DNA of 64,000 nucleotides from an uncultured virus (IMG/VR IMGVR_UViG_3300009370_000013) (IMGVR_UViG_3300009370_000013); one strand, 5' to 3'; shown: positions 38,003-48,403, counted from the stretch's first letter. Notes: generated by a model from the letters alone, not told the origin. Numbers and translations are program-made.

Positions 38003-38535
38003 TGATAACAAAAGAAAATTTTATTACAGCAAACTTTATAGATAATGAAAGAAAAAATATTGAGATTTTATTAAGAGATGAAAAAAATGAAAAAGTTATT
38101 TCTCATATAGTTGAATACAGTACAGATGATCCAACTTGTCAAGAATTATTAAAGGTTTGTCCTTTAGACCAACTTCACGAAAATACTTGGCAAAAGAAAA
38201 AGGAAGAAACAAAAGCTTTTGAGGAACAAATTATAAAAATAGCAGAAAAGAAGGGTCTCTTTAAAAAGGTATTACAAATTACTAATAAATCTCAATCAGA
38301 AGTTTTTTTTAATGCATTGTTTGATTTTCTTTTAAGTTCTAAAAAGGAACATATAGACCGTTTATTTAATTTTAAATTATTTTTATTTGAATTAGAAGAA
38401 GTTAAACATTCTAAAAATGAAAAAGCAAAGAGTAATATTAGAAGAGCAAAAACACCTATAGCTGCTTTTAGAGAATATCTTAAAATTAGAGATGAATTGG
38501 TAAGACCATTTGCTGGTGATGATTTATATAATTAA
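38002..38535 (+). CDS. hypothetical protein
   Basis: 177 aa, TAATG-coupled to the epimerase. Confidence 0.65.
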   Translation: MITKENFITANFIDNERKNIEILLRDEKNEKVISHIVEYSTDDPTCQELLKVCPLDQLHENTWQKKKEETKAFEEQIIKIAEKKGLFKKVLQITNKSQSEVFFNALFDFLLSSKKEHIDRLFNFKLFLFELEEVKHSKNEKAKSNIRRAKTPIAAFREYLKIRDELVRPFAGDDLYN

Positions 38536-39098
38536 ATAAAGTAATTAGTCCACCAACCAGTCCAACCTTGTTCCATTAAATATTGACTTTGATTAAATAA
38601 CATAATACTATAATTATCATCTTTAGGTTTGTATTCATTACCTTTTACAGAATAACAAACTTTATCATAAGTGTTAACAACCAATTTTTCTTTTTCTAAC
38701 ATTTCATCAATACCTTTGTTATATTTTTCTTGCCACATTTTAGGGTCTTTTTTAAATGTATTATAGATGTAAGATTGGTCGCCAGTCCAAGATATAATAG
38801 ATGAATTAAATGTTGTATGGTCTCTATCTCTCCACCAAGCGTGTAAAACTGTTGGGTCTTTTCTAATTAAATTAGGTACTTTACCATAGATACAAATATC
38901 TAAATCAAAATATAAGTTTTCTCCATCTCTATAGATGTCAAACATTTGGAGTTTATTAAAAACACCTTTGTAATTTTCAGAAGATATAACAACAAATTCA
39001 TCATACTTTAAACCAGAGTAAGTATCAATCATATGTTTTAAATTCTTAACATACCAAGTACCAAACTTATCTCCTGTATTTACACAAATTATTCTCAT
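38532..39098 (-). CDS. GT-A fold glycosyltransferase-like protein
   Basis: IICV..G.KF...YV..L..M, NKL.MF, LYFDLD (DxD), FNSSI.SW. Confidence 0.75.
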   Translation of the reverse strand: MRIICVNTGDKFGTWYVKNLKHMIDTYSGLKYDEFVVISSENYKGVFNKLQMFDIYRDGENLYFDLDICIYGKVPNLIRKDPTVLHAWWRDRDHTTFNSSIISWTGDQSYIYNTFKKDPKMWQEKYNKGIDEMLEKEKLVVNTYDKVCYSVKGNEYKPKDDNYSIMLFNQSQYLMEQGWTGWWTNYFI

Positions 39099-40186
39099 TT
39101 CCAATAGTCCTTTATCCAATCATCTTTACAATGATGTATAGTTGTTAGAGGGTTAGCAAAATGTACAATCTTTATTTTTGGATTTGGTTTATCTAATATC
39201 ATATAATCTCCAAAACCATCTTCTATATATCTTCTATGGTTTATATCATTTTGTTTTTTATCTGAACCATATACTCCTACCCATTCTGGATTCATTAATG
39301 TTATGGTTATATTATTTTTATTGGCTCTATCTTTGATAAAATTTTGTTCACCAAAATATTTGTAATGTACTATATTATTATTATAATAAAATAGTTGCCA
39401 ATACTCTACAGCTTTTATAAAACTATCCCATATAACGGTACCTGTTCCTGATTTAAATTTTATAAAACCTCCTTGAATTTTTGGTGTTTGTCTTTTACCC
39501 CACCATTTATTGTAAGTTATTATTTCATTGTCTGCTACAGGCCATCCAATCATATCATCTACATTGCCTGTAATAATTTGGTCTATATCCATAATAATAA
39601 TTTCATCACCTGGTTTTTGATATGCAAATAGAGGTGAGAAGAAAGTTAGTTTGTGCCAATGATATTTTATATCACTATGAGGTTTTAAAGGTATTACTAC
39701 ATCTGCTTTGACATTTGGATTATCACTATAACATATAAACTCAAATGGTAGTGTACAGTATGTTTTTAATCCATTATAAAGTTTTGCAACATAATCAGGT
39801 GAATATTTTCCTTTAAAATAAACACAACATATTTTTATTTTTTGGTCTTTAACATTTGATTTATAATCTTGATGTTCATAATAATTTCTGTTATATTTTT
39901 CTCTTGCTTTGTTTATTGCTTGATGTAAAGGTACACTACAATATTTTTGACAAGTTAATGATGGATTAGTTTTTAATTCTTCAAAATATTCTTTCCATTC
40001 TTTACTATTAATAATATCTTCTACCTTTTCATTGTTTTTAAGTAATAAATGTTTTTGCATTAATCTTTTTATTTGAGGTTCTTGCCACCCTATAGGATTA
40101 TCTAACCAGCAACACGGCAGTAAATAACCAGTTGCTGTATAAGAAAGTTCTTTTTTATGCAGACATTTTGGATAAATTTTTACCAT
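39095..40186 (-). CDS. fusion of an N-terminal SPASM/Twitch-type Fe-S domain and a GT-A glycosyltransferase-like domain
   Basis: N-term C...GYLLPCCW...CQKYC; C-term ICCVYFKGKYSPDYV.KL, HWHKL.FF, MDID, GEQNF, IVHF. Confidence 0.75.
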   Translation of the reverse strand: MVKIYPKCLHKKELSYTATGYLLPCCWLDNPIGWQEPQIKRLMQKHLLLKNNEKVEDIINSKEWKEYFEELKTNPSLTCQKYCSVPLHQAINKAREKYNRNYYEHQDYKSNVKDQKIKICCVYFKGKYSPDYVAKLYNGLKTYCTLPFEFICYSDNPNVKADVVIPLKPHSDIKYHWHKLTFFSPLFAYQKPGDEIIIMDIDQIITGNVDDMIGWPVADNEIITYNKWWGKRQTPKIQGGFIKFKSGTGTVIWDSFIKAVEYWQLFYYNNNIVHYKYFGEQNFIKDRANKNNITITLMNPEWVGVYGSDKKQNDINHRRYIEDGFGDYMILDKPNPKIKIVHFANPLTTIHHCKDDWIKDYWK

Positions 40187-40848
40187 TCTATTTCTTTCAA
40201 TCCTTTACTAAATTTTTTTGGGAAAAACTTGTTCAATGAATTTTGTTTACTATTTAAATATAGATTTGGATGTTTAGGTTTATACTTATCTCTTGTACTC
40301 CAACGACCTGAATAAATTACATCAAATAGAATACCATTATCTCTTGCCATTTTGCTACAAGTTTCTATATCATTTTCATTGTAATTAAAAACAATATATT
40401 GCCAACGAGAAGTAAGACCCATTTTAGCACATAATTTCATCATTTCAAAAAGATGTTTGCCATCTTGGTGTATTCTATACTTATGGCTATCTTCAGGTAA
40501 ACCATCTATACCAAATAACCATTCTGCTTTAGGGTGTGCTTCAAATGCTTTTTTATACCACTTCATAGGTCTTTGTGAAGCAGCGGTATTAATTATTGTC
40601 GGTATATTATTGTCTGAACAATACTTTAATATTTCTATAAATTTTGGATGAAATATAGGGTCAGAAATTTGACCACAAAAAATTAATCCTTTAAAGTAAT
40701 TTGCCATTTTTTTAAGGTCATCTAATGGCATATCTTGACCTGGTATTTTAAATCCTATATCTCTAATAGCTTGTCGCAAACATTTTGGACATTCTAAAGG
40801 ACATCTAAAGGTTAAATCAATGTTAATATTTCTATCTTTAAAATTCAT
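40180..40848 (-). CDS. radical SAM protein (core only)
   Basis: CPLECPKC, FCGQISDP, FGIDG, WQYIVF.YNE; no C-terminal SPASM. Confidence 0.88.
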   Translation of the reverse strand: MNFKDRNINIDLTFRCPLECPKCLRQAIRDIGFKIPGQDMPLDDLKKMANYFKGLIFCGQISDPIFHPKFIEILKYCSDNNIPTIINTAASQRPMKWYKKAFEAHPKAEWLFGIDGLPEDSHKYRIHQDGKHLFEMMKLCAKMGLTSRWQYIVFNYNENDIETCSKMARDNGILFDVIYSGRWSTRDKYKPKHPNLYLNSKQNSLNKFFPKKFSKGLKEIEW

Positions 40849-42016
40849 TCCAAAGTTCACGCCAGTTAAAGTTTCTATGTTTAGATAAGTCATCACAATA
40901 TTTTTTCATTTCTTTATGGTTAGGATCAAAAGGTTTTAATAATAATTCTGATTTTATATAACTATAGTCAGGTAGTTTTTCATATTTTTTTAATAATATA
41001 TCTTTATCTTTTTGTTTTAGATTTCTTATTGATAACATAAAAGGTCCTCTAACTATATTTTGAAATGTCATAGGTATGCCAAAGTTGTCCCTATAGTAAT
41101 TTCTAATTTCAATTAAATCAAAAATGTTTAATATTGAAGAGGTCAAATTTATTTCTTTTATTAAATCTTTTGCCTCTTTTAAATTAGATTCAAATTTTAC
41201 TCTATCAATAGGATATCTCATCCAATCTAATTTTCTTCCATAGTGGTCACACGATACTCCAAATTCTATTTTTTCAAATTTATCAACATAATCAAATATA
41301 TTCCACTTTTTCCATCTTAATTCTGTTAAGTTGGTATTAAAATATAAAGTGATATGTTTTGCGTGTTCTTTTGGTATTTCATCTAAAAGTTCCCATTGTT
41401 TTGGTAATTGTAAAGGTTCCCCGCCAGTCATATTCATATAACCTAATAAATCAGCATTATCTAAAATATCTTTTTTAATATCATTCCATTCTTTATGATT
41501 TACACTTTTAAATGATTCATTTGCCCAACCCATAGTGGCACCAGCGATACCTGATAAAGCATTTGGACCATAAATTTCTTTCACTTCATTTCTTCTAGTA
41601 GATGAATTAAAAGGATGACACATATAACAACTCAAATTACAATAGGTGCTATGTACTCTTAATTTTATTCCTACTCTATTAGGTTCTAAAAGTATTCCTA
41701 AATTTTTACTAAATGTTTCTGACCCTACTCCATTTCTATATGATTCGCCACTTGTTTCTTCTAATTTATAACATACTCTACAAGCATCCACTTGTTTACC
41801 TGCTAACATTTTATTTCTTAACTCTTCCATTTCAGGAGATTTAAAAAATTTAAATGGTGTAGTGTTATTAACATTATATTTGTTTATAGGTATATATTGT
41901 TTTGCGTGGCAGCAAAGTCTATAACGACCAGCACTATCCGAATAAATTTCTTTAAAGGGCATAGTGCAATATGCCTTATTATCTTCATAGAATTTTTTTA
42001 TTTCAGATTCAAACAT
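40838..42016 (-). CDS. radical SAM protein with N-terminal Twitch-like domain
   Basis: CTMPF...RLCC...CRVC then CNLSCYMC, TGGEP, NTN. Confidence 0.88.
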   Translation of the reverse strand: MFESEIKKFYEDNKAYCTMPFKEIYSDSAGRYRLCCHAKQYIPINKYNVNNTTPFKFFKSPEMEELRNKMLAGKQVDACRVCYKLEETSGESYRNGVGSETFSKNLGILLEPNRVGIKLRVHSTYCNLSCYMCHPFNSSTRRNEVKEIYGPNALSGIAGATMGWANESFKSVNHKEWNDIKKDILDNADLLGYMNMTGGEPLQLPKQWELLDEIPKEHAKHITLYFNTNLTELRWKKWNIFDYVDKFEKIEFGVSCDHYGRKLDWMRYPIDRVKFESNLKEAKDLIKEINLTSSILNIFDLIEIRNYYRDNFGIPMTFQNIVRGPFMLSIRNLKQKDKDILLKKYEKLPDYSYIKSELLLKPFDPNHKEMKKYCDDLSKHRNFNWRELWNEF

Positions 42017-43158
42017 TATAATTTATAGTTCTGACAATATTTGGAACATTGAGATACTGGATTAGGTGTGTTCCAACTATCTGGTAATGTTTTTTGAAAC
42101 CATTGGTGAGAAATTATATCCATTAAATTAGCAGAAAATACATTAAGTTCTTTTTGGTGTTTTTGATATTCTTGCATAATTGGATGTTCTATAAATCGTT
42201 TTCTCATTTTTGGGTCGTTTTTATGATAGTAATGAGGATTACAGAAATAACAACAAGGTAAAACTTGACCATCTGGATTAATTACAACTTTGTTTCTAAC
42301 TCCCCATTCACAGTTAATCGGGCAAGTTTTTGCTTTTTGTTCTAATTTTTTCATTAATTTATGTTCACCTACACCTACTTTAATCTTTTGTGTTGTAAAT
42401 CTTCTTCTATCTATTCTGGTATAGTTTGGTCTATTATCAAGTTCACTTCTTGCTTGTGTATTGGAAAGTTCTTGGTGTGTTTGTCTAAAAACTTTTTGCC
42501 AATCTGGTGAGGTTGCTTCTAAAATTCCTGGTTTACCTTTAATAGAAAATTTTAAATTATCTCCTTCGTGCCATCTATCAGTTGCAACAAAATGGTGTCT
42601 TATTGAACCGTGATCCATACACATTTTTTCAATTTCAGGTAAATGTTTTTCATTATGTTTCCACACTAAAGTTTGTGTTCTTATTACTGCTTTCGTAAGT
42701 GCAAGTGTATCCATATTGTCAAATATTTTTTTCAAGAAAGTAAATTGTCTATAATTTTGGTGCATTTCTTGGTTTGTACCTTCAACACAAAAAACAACTT
42801 GTAGGTTTTTACCACCTGCTACACCTAAATCCCACCAAAACTCCTCATTTCTCAATGAACCATTTGTATTAATGCAAATAGAAACTTCGGGATGGGCATT
42901 TTCTTTAATATATTTTACCATAGGTAATATATCTGGATTGGTTAAACAATCACCCCAGGTTCCACAGAAATCATAATTATAAATGTGTTTACATAATTTT
43001 TCAGGAAGAGCTTGTTTAAATTCTTCTAAAGTCCAACTAATATCTGGTAACCAACTAGCTTTTTTTAAACCCATTGGATCGGTTCTATGACATTGAGGAC
43101 AACCAGCATTGCAACGAGTAGTTACATCTAGCATTATGTCAATAGGAAATTTCCACAT
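42016..43158 (-). CDS. radical SAM/SPASM-domain protein
   Basis: CNAGCPQC, CGTWGD, NTNGS; C-terminal C...INPDGQVLPCC...CSKYC. Confidence 0.88.
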   Translation of the reverse strand: MWKFPIDIMLDVTTRCNAGCPQCHRTDPMGLKKASWLPDISWTLEEFKQALPEKLCKHIYNYDFCGTWGDCLTNPDILPMVKYIKENAHPEVSICINTNGSLRNEEFWWDLGVAGGKNLQVVFCVEGTNQEMHQNYRQFTFLKKIFDNMDTLALTKAVIRTQTLVWKHNEKHLPEIEKMCMDHGSIRHHFVATDRWHEGDNLKFSIKGKPGILEATSPDWQKVFRQTHQELSNTQARSELDNRPNYTRIDRRRFTTQKIKVGVGEHKLMKKLEQKAKTCPINCEWGVRNKVVINPDGQVLPCCYFCNPHYYHKNDPKMRKRFIEHPIMQEYQKHQKELNVFSANLMDIISHQWFQKTLPDSWNTPNPVSQCSKYCQNYKL

Positions 43159-44036
43159 TATATTACCTCCCATAGTTCGTCAAATCTTTTGTTTATTAAA
43201 TGTACTAGTTTTGCTTTTGATATTATTTCTTTTGATATTTCATCATTAGCAAATTTACCTCCAGCTTCCATAATATAAGTATGCCATTCGTAAGGTAAAT
43301 TATACCATTGTAGTTTATATTTATCTACTAGATATTGAAAAAAGACTTCATTATTTGCAAAGAATAGTTTTGATATATTCTCTCCAAATAGTTTTTCTTC
43401 TTTTGCTTGGTTTAATATTGCTATCATATCATCTAAACGCTCTGTAAATTTTAGTTCTTTTATGATGGTTGAATTGCCTCCTAATATTGCTGTATTAGGA
43501 ATTAAATAATCTGCTTTATAATTATTGTCTATTGCTAGCATTGCTTTTTTACACATTGCTTTAACATACATATTATATCTGTCTTTATGGGACATTATAG
43601 TTTCAAAATCAACATCATTTTTTTTAAATTTTTTAATATCACTTTGAGACCAAGTATTTTCTTGGGTTGAATTAATTGCGTGAACACATATCTTATTCAA
43701 ATCAAATTTTTCAAAAAAGGATTCAGTTGTGTTAGGTACTACATCAAAATCAAAGTAAAGAACATTATCATATTCCTTACCTAACTCTTCCCATAAATGT
43801 ATCTTGTATAGATTGATGGTATCAAATTGATAAACATTATATTTCTTTTTAAATTTTTGCCAGTAGGTATCATTTTCATAAAGTCTATATTCAGCATTGC
43901 AATGCTTAGCATATTCTTTCTTAACATCTAATAGTTTTTGAAAATGTTTTTTTAATTGGACTTTGGTAACCTGGTGTCTATCCATTAAATTCGTATCATC
44001 ATTTTCTATATAGATACTATAAATTATGTTTTTCAT
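43158..44036 (-). CDS. glycosyltransferase-like protein
   Basis: NLYKIHL, VLYFDFDVVP (DxD), NNE.FF, EWH, LVH.INK.F; paralogue of next gene. Confidence 0.65.
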   Translation of the reverse strand: MKNIIYSIYIENDDTNLMDRHQVTKVQLKKHFQKLLDVKKEYAKHCNAEYRLYENDTYWQKFKKKYNVYQFDTINLYKIHLWEELGKEYDNVLYFDFDVVPNTTESFFEKFDLNKICVHAINSTQENTWSQSDIKKFKKNDVDFETIMSHKDRYNMYVKAMCKKAMLAIDNNYKADYLIPNTAILGGNSTIIKELKFTERLDDMIAILNQAKEEKLFGENISKLFFANNEVFFQYLVDKYKLQWYNLPYEWHTYIMEAGGKFANDEISKEIISKAKLVHLINKRFDELWEVI

Positions 44037-44910
44037 CAAACCTCCATACAACATCAAATTCTTTACAGACAGCGTGTACTATTTTTGTTCCTTTTTCTAT
44101 AAAGTGTTGTCTATCAAAAAAGTAATGCCATTTGTTATCAAACCATTGTACATTAACATTATTTGTTTTTAGTTTATAAGAAAAGATTGTTTCATTATCA
44201 TAGCGAAACATTTTGGTAATATTACTAGGGTACATACCATCTTTTTCATCTTTTAATTTAGTCATTAAATCTATTGTATCTTTAAACTCAGCAAAATAAT
44301 TTAGTTTAAGTATATCTTCTTTTCTAGCTCCAATGATACCAGTATTGATTACATCATTATCTGGTTGATGTCCTTTTTCAAGAAGCATAGCTTGGCAATT
44401 ATAATATTTTGCTGATGGACTTCTGGTACTTTCTACAAGGTCATCAATAGGAACACGGTTAACATTAACCATATGATTATTATGATAGACACAAATACCT
44501 TTTGATAAATCCCAAGCGTCAAAAAAGGAATCTTTGGTCACAGGTATAGCATCAAAATCTAAATACAAAATTTCATCATATTCTTTTGCTAATTGACAAA
44601 GTAAATGTATCTTGTAGAAATTGACTACTTCATATCCTGTTATTTCTGGAAAGTCTTTAAGTAAATTCTTTTCAAAGGTTTGATATTGTTTATCATACTC
44701 ATACATTAAGAAAGGTACACCTATAGCTTTACTATAGCGTTGTTTAGATTCAAGTAGTTTGTTGTAATGCTTTTTAAAAGCGTTTCTTACTTTATTAGCT
44801 TTTGCAAGTTTATTATAACTACCAATTCTAGCTGGCTCTAGTTTACCAAAATGTTCTTTCGCTGGTACATCAACATAGATACTATAAATTACTCTTTTCA
44901 TCATCCTCAT
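44017..44910 (-). CDS. glycosyltransferase-like protein
   Basis: NFYKIHL, ILYLDFDAIP (DxD), INTGII, DNETIF, KWH, IVH..K.F. Confidence 0.7.
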   Translation of the reverse strand: MRMMKRVIYSIYVDVPAKEHFGKLEPARIGSYNKLAKANKVRNAFKKHYNKLLESKQRYSKAIGVPFLMYEYDKQYQTFEKNLLKDFPEITGYEVVNFYKIHLLCQLAKEYDEILYLDFDAIPVTKDSFFDAWDLSKGICVYHNNHMVNVNRVPIDDLVESTRSPSAKYYNCQAMLLEKGHQPDNDVINTGIIGARKEDILKLNYFAEFKDTIDLMTKLKDEKDGMYPSNITKMFRYDNETIFSYKLKTNNVNVQWFDNKWHYFFDRQHFIEKGTKIVHAVCKEFDVVWRFDEKHNL

Positions 44911-44915
44911 ACTCT

Positions 44916-44923
44916 TATAAATA
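44916..44923 (+). promoter_or_regulatory. T4-type late promoter TATAAATA at the divergence point of the island
   Basis: Exact motif; a CTAAATA variant on the minus strand lies at 44933-44939. Confidence 0.65.
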
Positions 44924-44947
44924 TTACTAGACTATTTAGTAAAGATT

Positions 44948-45520
44948 ATGGATACAATATTACAGGTGATTGATAGGGTGACCACGGACAAACAAGTCAA
45001 GTCTATCATAAACTCAATAAACGATAACCAGGAAAAAAGCAAAGATTGGCTTATAGAAAAGTCAATAGAATACTTTAAATTTTTTGATAATCCTAAAATA
45101 TGTGTGGCTGCTGGTTGGTATGGTAATTTAGCGAATAAAATAAAATCAGGACTTGTAGAAAATGTAGTTATTTCTTTTGATAAGGACCCACAATGTAAAA
45201 CCATAGGACATCAACTTTATCCAGGTGTTACCTTTGCAACTGCTAAAATAGAATACTTTAATTTTAAAACATATGATGTAGTTGTATGTACTTCTTGCGA
45301 ACACCTTGAACAAAAGGTTATTGATGATATGTTGAAAAGAATAAAAAAGAGTGCGTTAGTTATATTACAATCAAACAATTATTTTAAAATAAAAGAACAT
45401 ATTAATTGTCATAATAGTGTAATAGAATTTGAGAAGACTTTAAAATTAGAAAAAATATTATATAGGGGTACTTTGAAATTGGAAAATTGTGATAGATATA
45501 TGGTGATAGGAGTAAAATGA
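44948..45520 (+). CDS. class I SAM-dependent methyltransferase-like protein
   Basis: VAAGWYG motif I variant, SFDKD, YDVVVCTSCEH, LQSNN. Confidence 0.7.
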   Translation: MDTILQVIDRVTTDKQVKSIINSINDNQEKSKDWLIEKSIEYFKFFDNPKICVAAGWYGNLANKIKSGLVENVVISFDKDPQCKTIGHQLYPGVTFATAKIEYFNFKTYDVVVCTSCEHLEQKVIDDMLKRIKKSALVILQSNNYFKIKEHINCHNSVIEFEKTLKLEKILYRGTLKLENCDRYMVIGVK

Positions 45521-46014
45521 AATACGATTTAGAAAGAATTAAAAAAGAATTATCAACATTGCCTGAATATGATTATCAAATATATTTACAAGGTGACACT
45601 AAAGATATGAATCCTATTGCACCTACTATTGGTCAAAATTATTTAATTGTTGATGAAACTGAAAAAAACTTTAATATTCCACTATTTGATATACCATATA
45701 TTAATTCAATTATTAAATTTAATAATATTGTAAGAACAAGATTAATGAAAATGAAACCTAAAACTTGCTACTATTGGCATAATGATAAAACTAAAAGACT
45801 TCATATACCAATACAAACACACGAACATTGTTGGTTGTTATTAAATGGTAAAATGGTTCATTTACCTGCTGATGGTACGGCGTATGTTATAGATACAACA
45901 CAAAAACATACTGCTTTAAATTGTTCAAAAGTAGACCGTATTCATATTGTTGGAGCATATCAAACCCAGTCTTTATCTTCCATAGACGTTGATAACCAGT
46001 TATGTTTGGTTTAG
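45517..46014 (+). CDS. aspartyl/asparaginyl beta-hydroxylase-like 2OG-Fe(II) oxygenase
   Basis: R.RLM.M.P..CY.WH.D, RLHIPI.T, HLPADG, T...HTA.N, RIHIV. Confidence 0.8.
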   Translation: MKYDLERIKKELSTLPEYDYQIYLQGDTKDMNPIAPTIGQNYLIVDETEKNFNIPLFDIPYINSIIKFNNIVRTRLMKMKPKTCYYWHNDKTKRLHIPIQTHEHCWLLLNGKMVHLPADGTAYVIDTTQKHTALNCSKVDRIHIVGAYQTQSLSSIDVDNQLCLV

Positions 46015-47270
46015 TATGGTGTTTGATTGGAATATTGACAGGTGTTGTCTTCGGAATTATACCTGGTGCAGGACCTTTTTTAGCAGTTGCAACAATCTAT
46101 CCTTTACTATTTTTTTTAGACCCTTTTAATATATTACTATTTTATATTTCACTTATTCTTACAACGAATTATACAAATTCAGTTACAAGTATTCTCTATG
46201 GAATACCAGGTGACGCTGCCGCTGTAACTACTGCTAGACACGGACATAATCTATTCTTAAAGGGAGAAGGACATCTTGCTGTAAGTACTAATGCTATTTC
46301 AAGTACATTAGGTTCTATATTTGCAATAGGTTTATTCTTAATATTTCTACCTAGTATCTATAGTATATTTCAATTTTATAATAGTACTATACAACTATCT
46401 ATTGTTTGTTTAGCAGTTTTATTATTAACTCTATTATCAAAACAAAAGATATGGAAGACTATACTTCTATTTTTATTTGGTGGTATATTAGCAAAGATAG
46501 GATTTGATAATATAACTTTTCAATCTTGGGGAACATTTGGTTTTGACTATTTAACTCTAGGTATTCCTTTTAGTGCTGTAATGATAGGGTTATATATTGT
46601 ACCTGAAATATTAAAGTTTAGAGATTTAAAGATGTCTAAACAAAAATCAATTAGAAAATTTGGTATAGCAAAGAGTACATTACCTGCAACTGGTGTAGGA
46701 AGTTTTGTTGGTTTTTGGTGTGGTCTTGTACCAGGAGTAACTAATATTTTAGGAAGTTATTTAAGTGCTAATTTAGTTAAAACAGATATAAAGAAAATAG
46801 CGGCAGCAGAATCAGCAAACAATAGTGGTGCGTTAAGTTCTTTGATACCTTTAATAGTACTTGGTATACCTATTGTTGGTAGTGAAGTATTAATTTACTA
46901 TTTAATACTAGCACAAGGATTTGTTTTTAATGTAGATAATCTATCTATCTTTACTAATATATTCTATTACATACCAATCATATTAGCAATATGTTTATTC
47001 TTATCTTGGAAGTGTTTTAATTTATTAGGTATGGTAGCATATCACTTGAAGAAACATAAAAATGTATTGACTTATTTTATATTACTTTTTATTTCTTTAA
47101 TGAGTATTATTATATATCCAGTAAGAGAGTGGTTGTTAATATCATTGGTTGTATTAAGTATAATAGGTTATTATTTAAAGAGAGTAGATACTTTTCCAAT
47201 ACTATATGGATATTTTTTAACAGATTTGTTTTGGGATAACTTAATGAGAGTAATGGTAATATACGGATGA
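46002..47270 (+). CDS. tctA: tripartite tricarboxylate transporter large permease (TctA family)
   Basis: G.IPGAG, SILYGIPGD, GL.PG, AAAESANN, LIPL..LGIP; many TM helices. Confidence 0.85.
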   Translation: MFGLVWCLIGILTGVVFGIIPGAGPFLAVATIYPLLFFLDPFNILLFYISLILTTNYTNSVTSILYGIPGDAAAVTTARHGHNLFLKGEGHLAVSTNAISSTLGSIFAIGLFLIFLPSIYSIFQFYNSTIQLSIVCLAVLLLTLLSKQKIWKTILLFLFGGILAKIGFDNITFQSWGTFGFDYLTLGIPFSAVMIGLYIVPEILKFRDLKMSKQKSIRKFGIAKSTLPATGVGSFVGFWCGLVPGVTNILGSYLSANLVKTDIKKIAAAESANNSGALSSLIPLIVLGIPIVGSEVLIYYLILAQGFVFNVDNLSIFTNIFYYIPIILAICLFLSWKCFNLLGMVAYHLKKHKNVLTYFILLFISLMSIIIYPVREWLLISLVVLSIIGYYLKRVDTFPILYGYFLTDLFWDNLMRVMVIYG

Positions 47271-48403
47271 AAAATTTAATACTAGGATATAAGAGAGGTT
47301 GGAATAAATGGGAATGCCTTTCAAGAGCATTGAAATCTATTGGTCAGGAAGTGGATGTAATTACCGAAGACTTTGATAAAATTGTAGGACCTTATGATAG
47401 AATTTTTACAGTTGCAGAAAGTTTATTACCTATACAAGCTGAATTGGAACAACTGTATGGTTTAACTAATCTATCACCAGAAGCAGCTGATATTTTATCT
47501 GATAAAAAAAGGATGGATGATTTTTGTATTGATATAGGTCTTAAAGAGTTTATACCCGATAGTGTCATACCTACAAAACCAGAAGATTTAGATATATTTA
47601 AAGATAGACCTTTTATAACGAAACCTATAATAGGTTCTGGTATAAAACATCAAAAAAAGTTTGATTATATATCTTTTAATAATAAAAAAGATTTTTTACT
47701 TTCAATTGGCGATAGTTCCTTTTTTACTGATAATCAAAAAGGGTTTAGAGATGAAAAGTTTAATAACAGACTTAATAGATATATGGCGCAGGAACAATTA
47801 CCTGACGAAGCAGAAGTTTGGGGTCCTTATTATTATGGAACAAAATGTTTATTTTGGAGTAAAGGTAAAATTAAACAATATAAACCTATAGAATGGATGA
47901 GTGTTCCTACTAGTGAAGTGCCTATAGATGTACAAGACAAATCTTCTTATTTTATGAATACTATGATTAAAAAATTAAACATAAAGAATATGTTTTTTTC
48001 AGGACCTGATTTTTATAAATGGGATTATCATTTAAAGATTATAGACGCTAATCCAAGAATAGGTCAAGGATTAAAAATATTAGATGATATTCATAATAAT
48101 AAAATTGTTAGTAATATATTATTAGAAAATCCTATGATATTTAAAAAACAATACTTATGGAAAATTTCTACTTTAAAACCAGGTAAGATTGAAAGTGTAA
48201 GTGATACTTCACATATCAAATATCTAGCAAAGAATAATTGGAAATTAAACCCTGGAATGATAATTCCAGAGTTTCAACATTTACTAATGGGTGGAGTTCG
48301 TCAAGCTTTTGTTATAGAAGGTACTAACGAGTCTGATATGCTAAAAACATACCAGACTGTTAATTCTCAATTGCAGGATTGTATTACTTATTCAACTCAA
48401 TAG
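47267..48403 (+). CDS. ATP-grasp fold enzyme
   Basis: LSDKK.M, PFITKP..GSG, MAQEQL, IIDANPRIG. Confidence 0.75.
   Translation: MKNLILGYKRGWNKWECLSRALKSIGQEVDVITEDFDKIVGPYDRIFTVAESLLPIQAELEQLYGLTNLSPEAADILSDKKRMDDFCIDIGLKEFIPDSVIPTKPEDLDIFKDRPFITKPIIGSGIKHQKKFDYISFNNKKDFLLSIGDSSFFTDNQKGFRDEKFNNRLNRYMAQEQLPDEAEVWGPYYYGTKCLFWSKGKIKQYKPIEWMSVPTSEVPIDVQDKSSYFMNTMIKKLNIKNMFFSGPDFYKWDYHLKIIDANPRIGQGLKILDDIHNNKIVSNILLENPMIFKKQYLWKISTLKPGKIESVSDTSHIKYLAKNNWKLNPGMIIPEFQHLLMGGVRQAFVIEGTNESDMLKTYQTVNSQLQDCITYSTQ

Noticed and set aside
40180..43158. Radical SAM/SPASM genes as heme enzymes (HemN, AhbC/D, NirJ) completing the hem operon, or as RiPP maturases
   Set aside because: They lie over 20 kb from the hem genes and are embedded among GTs; no HemN motifs, RRE domain or precursor peptide is visible
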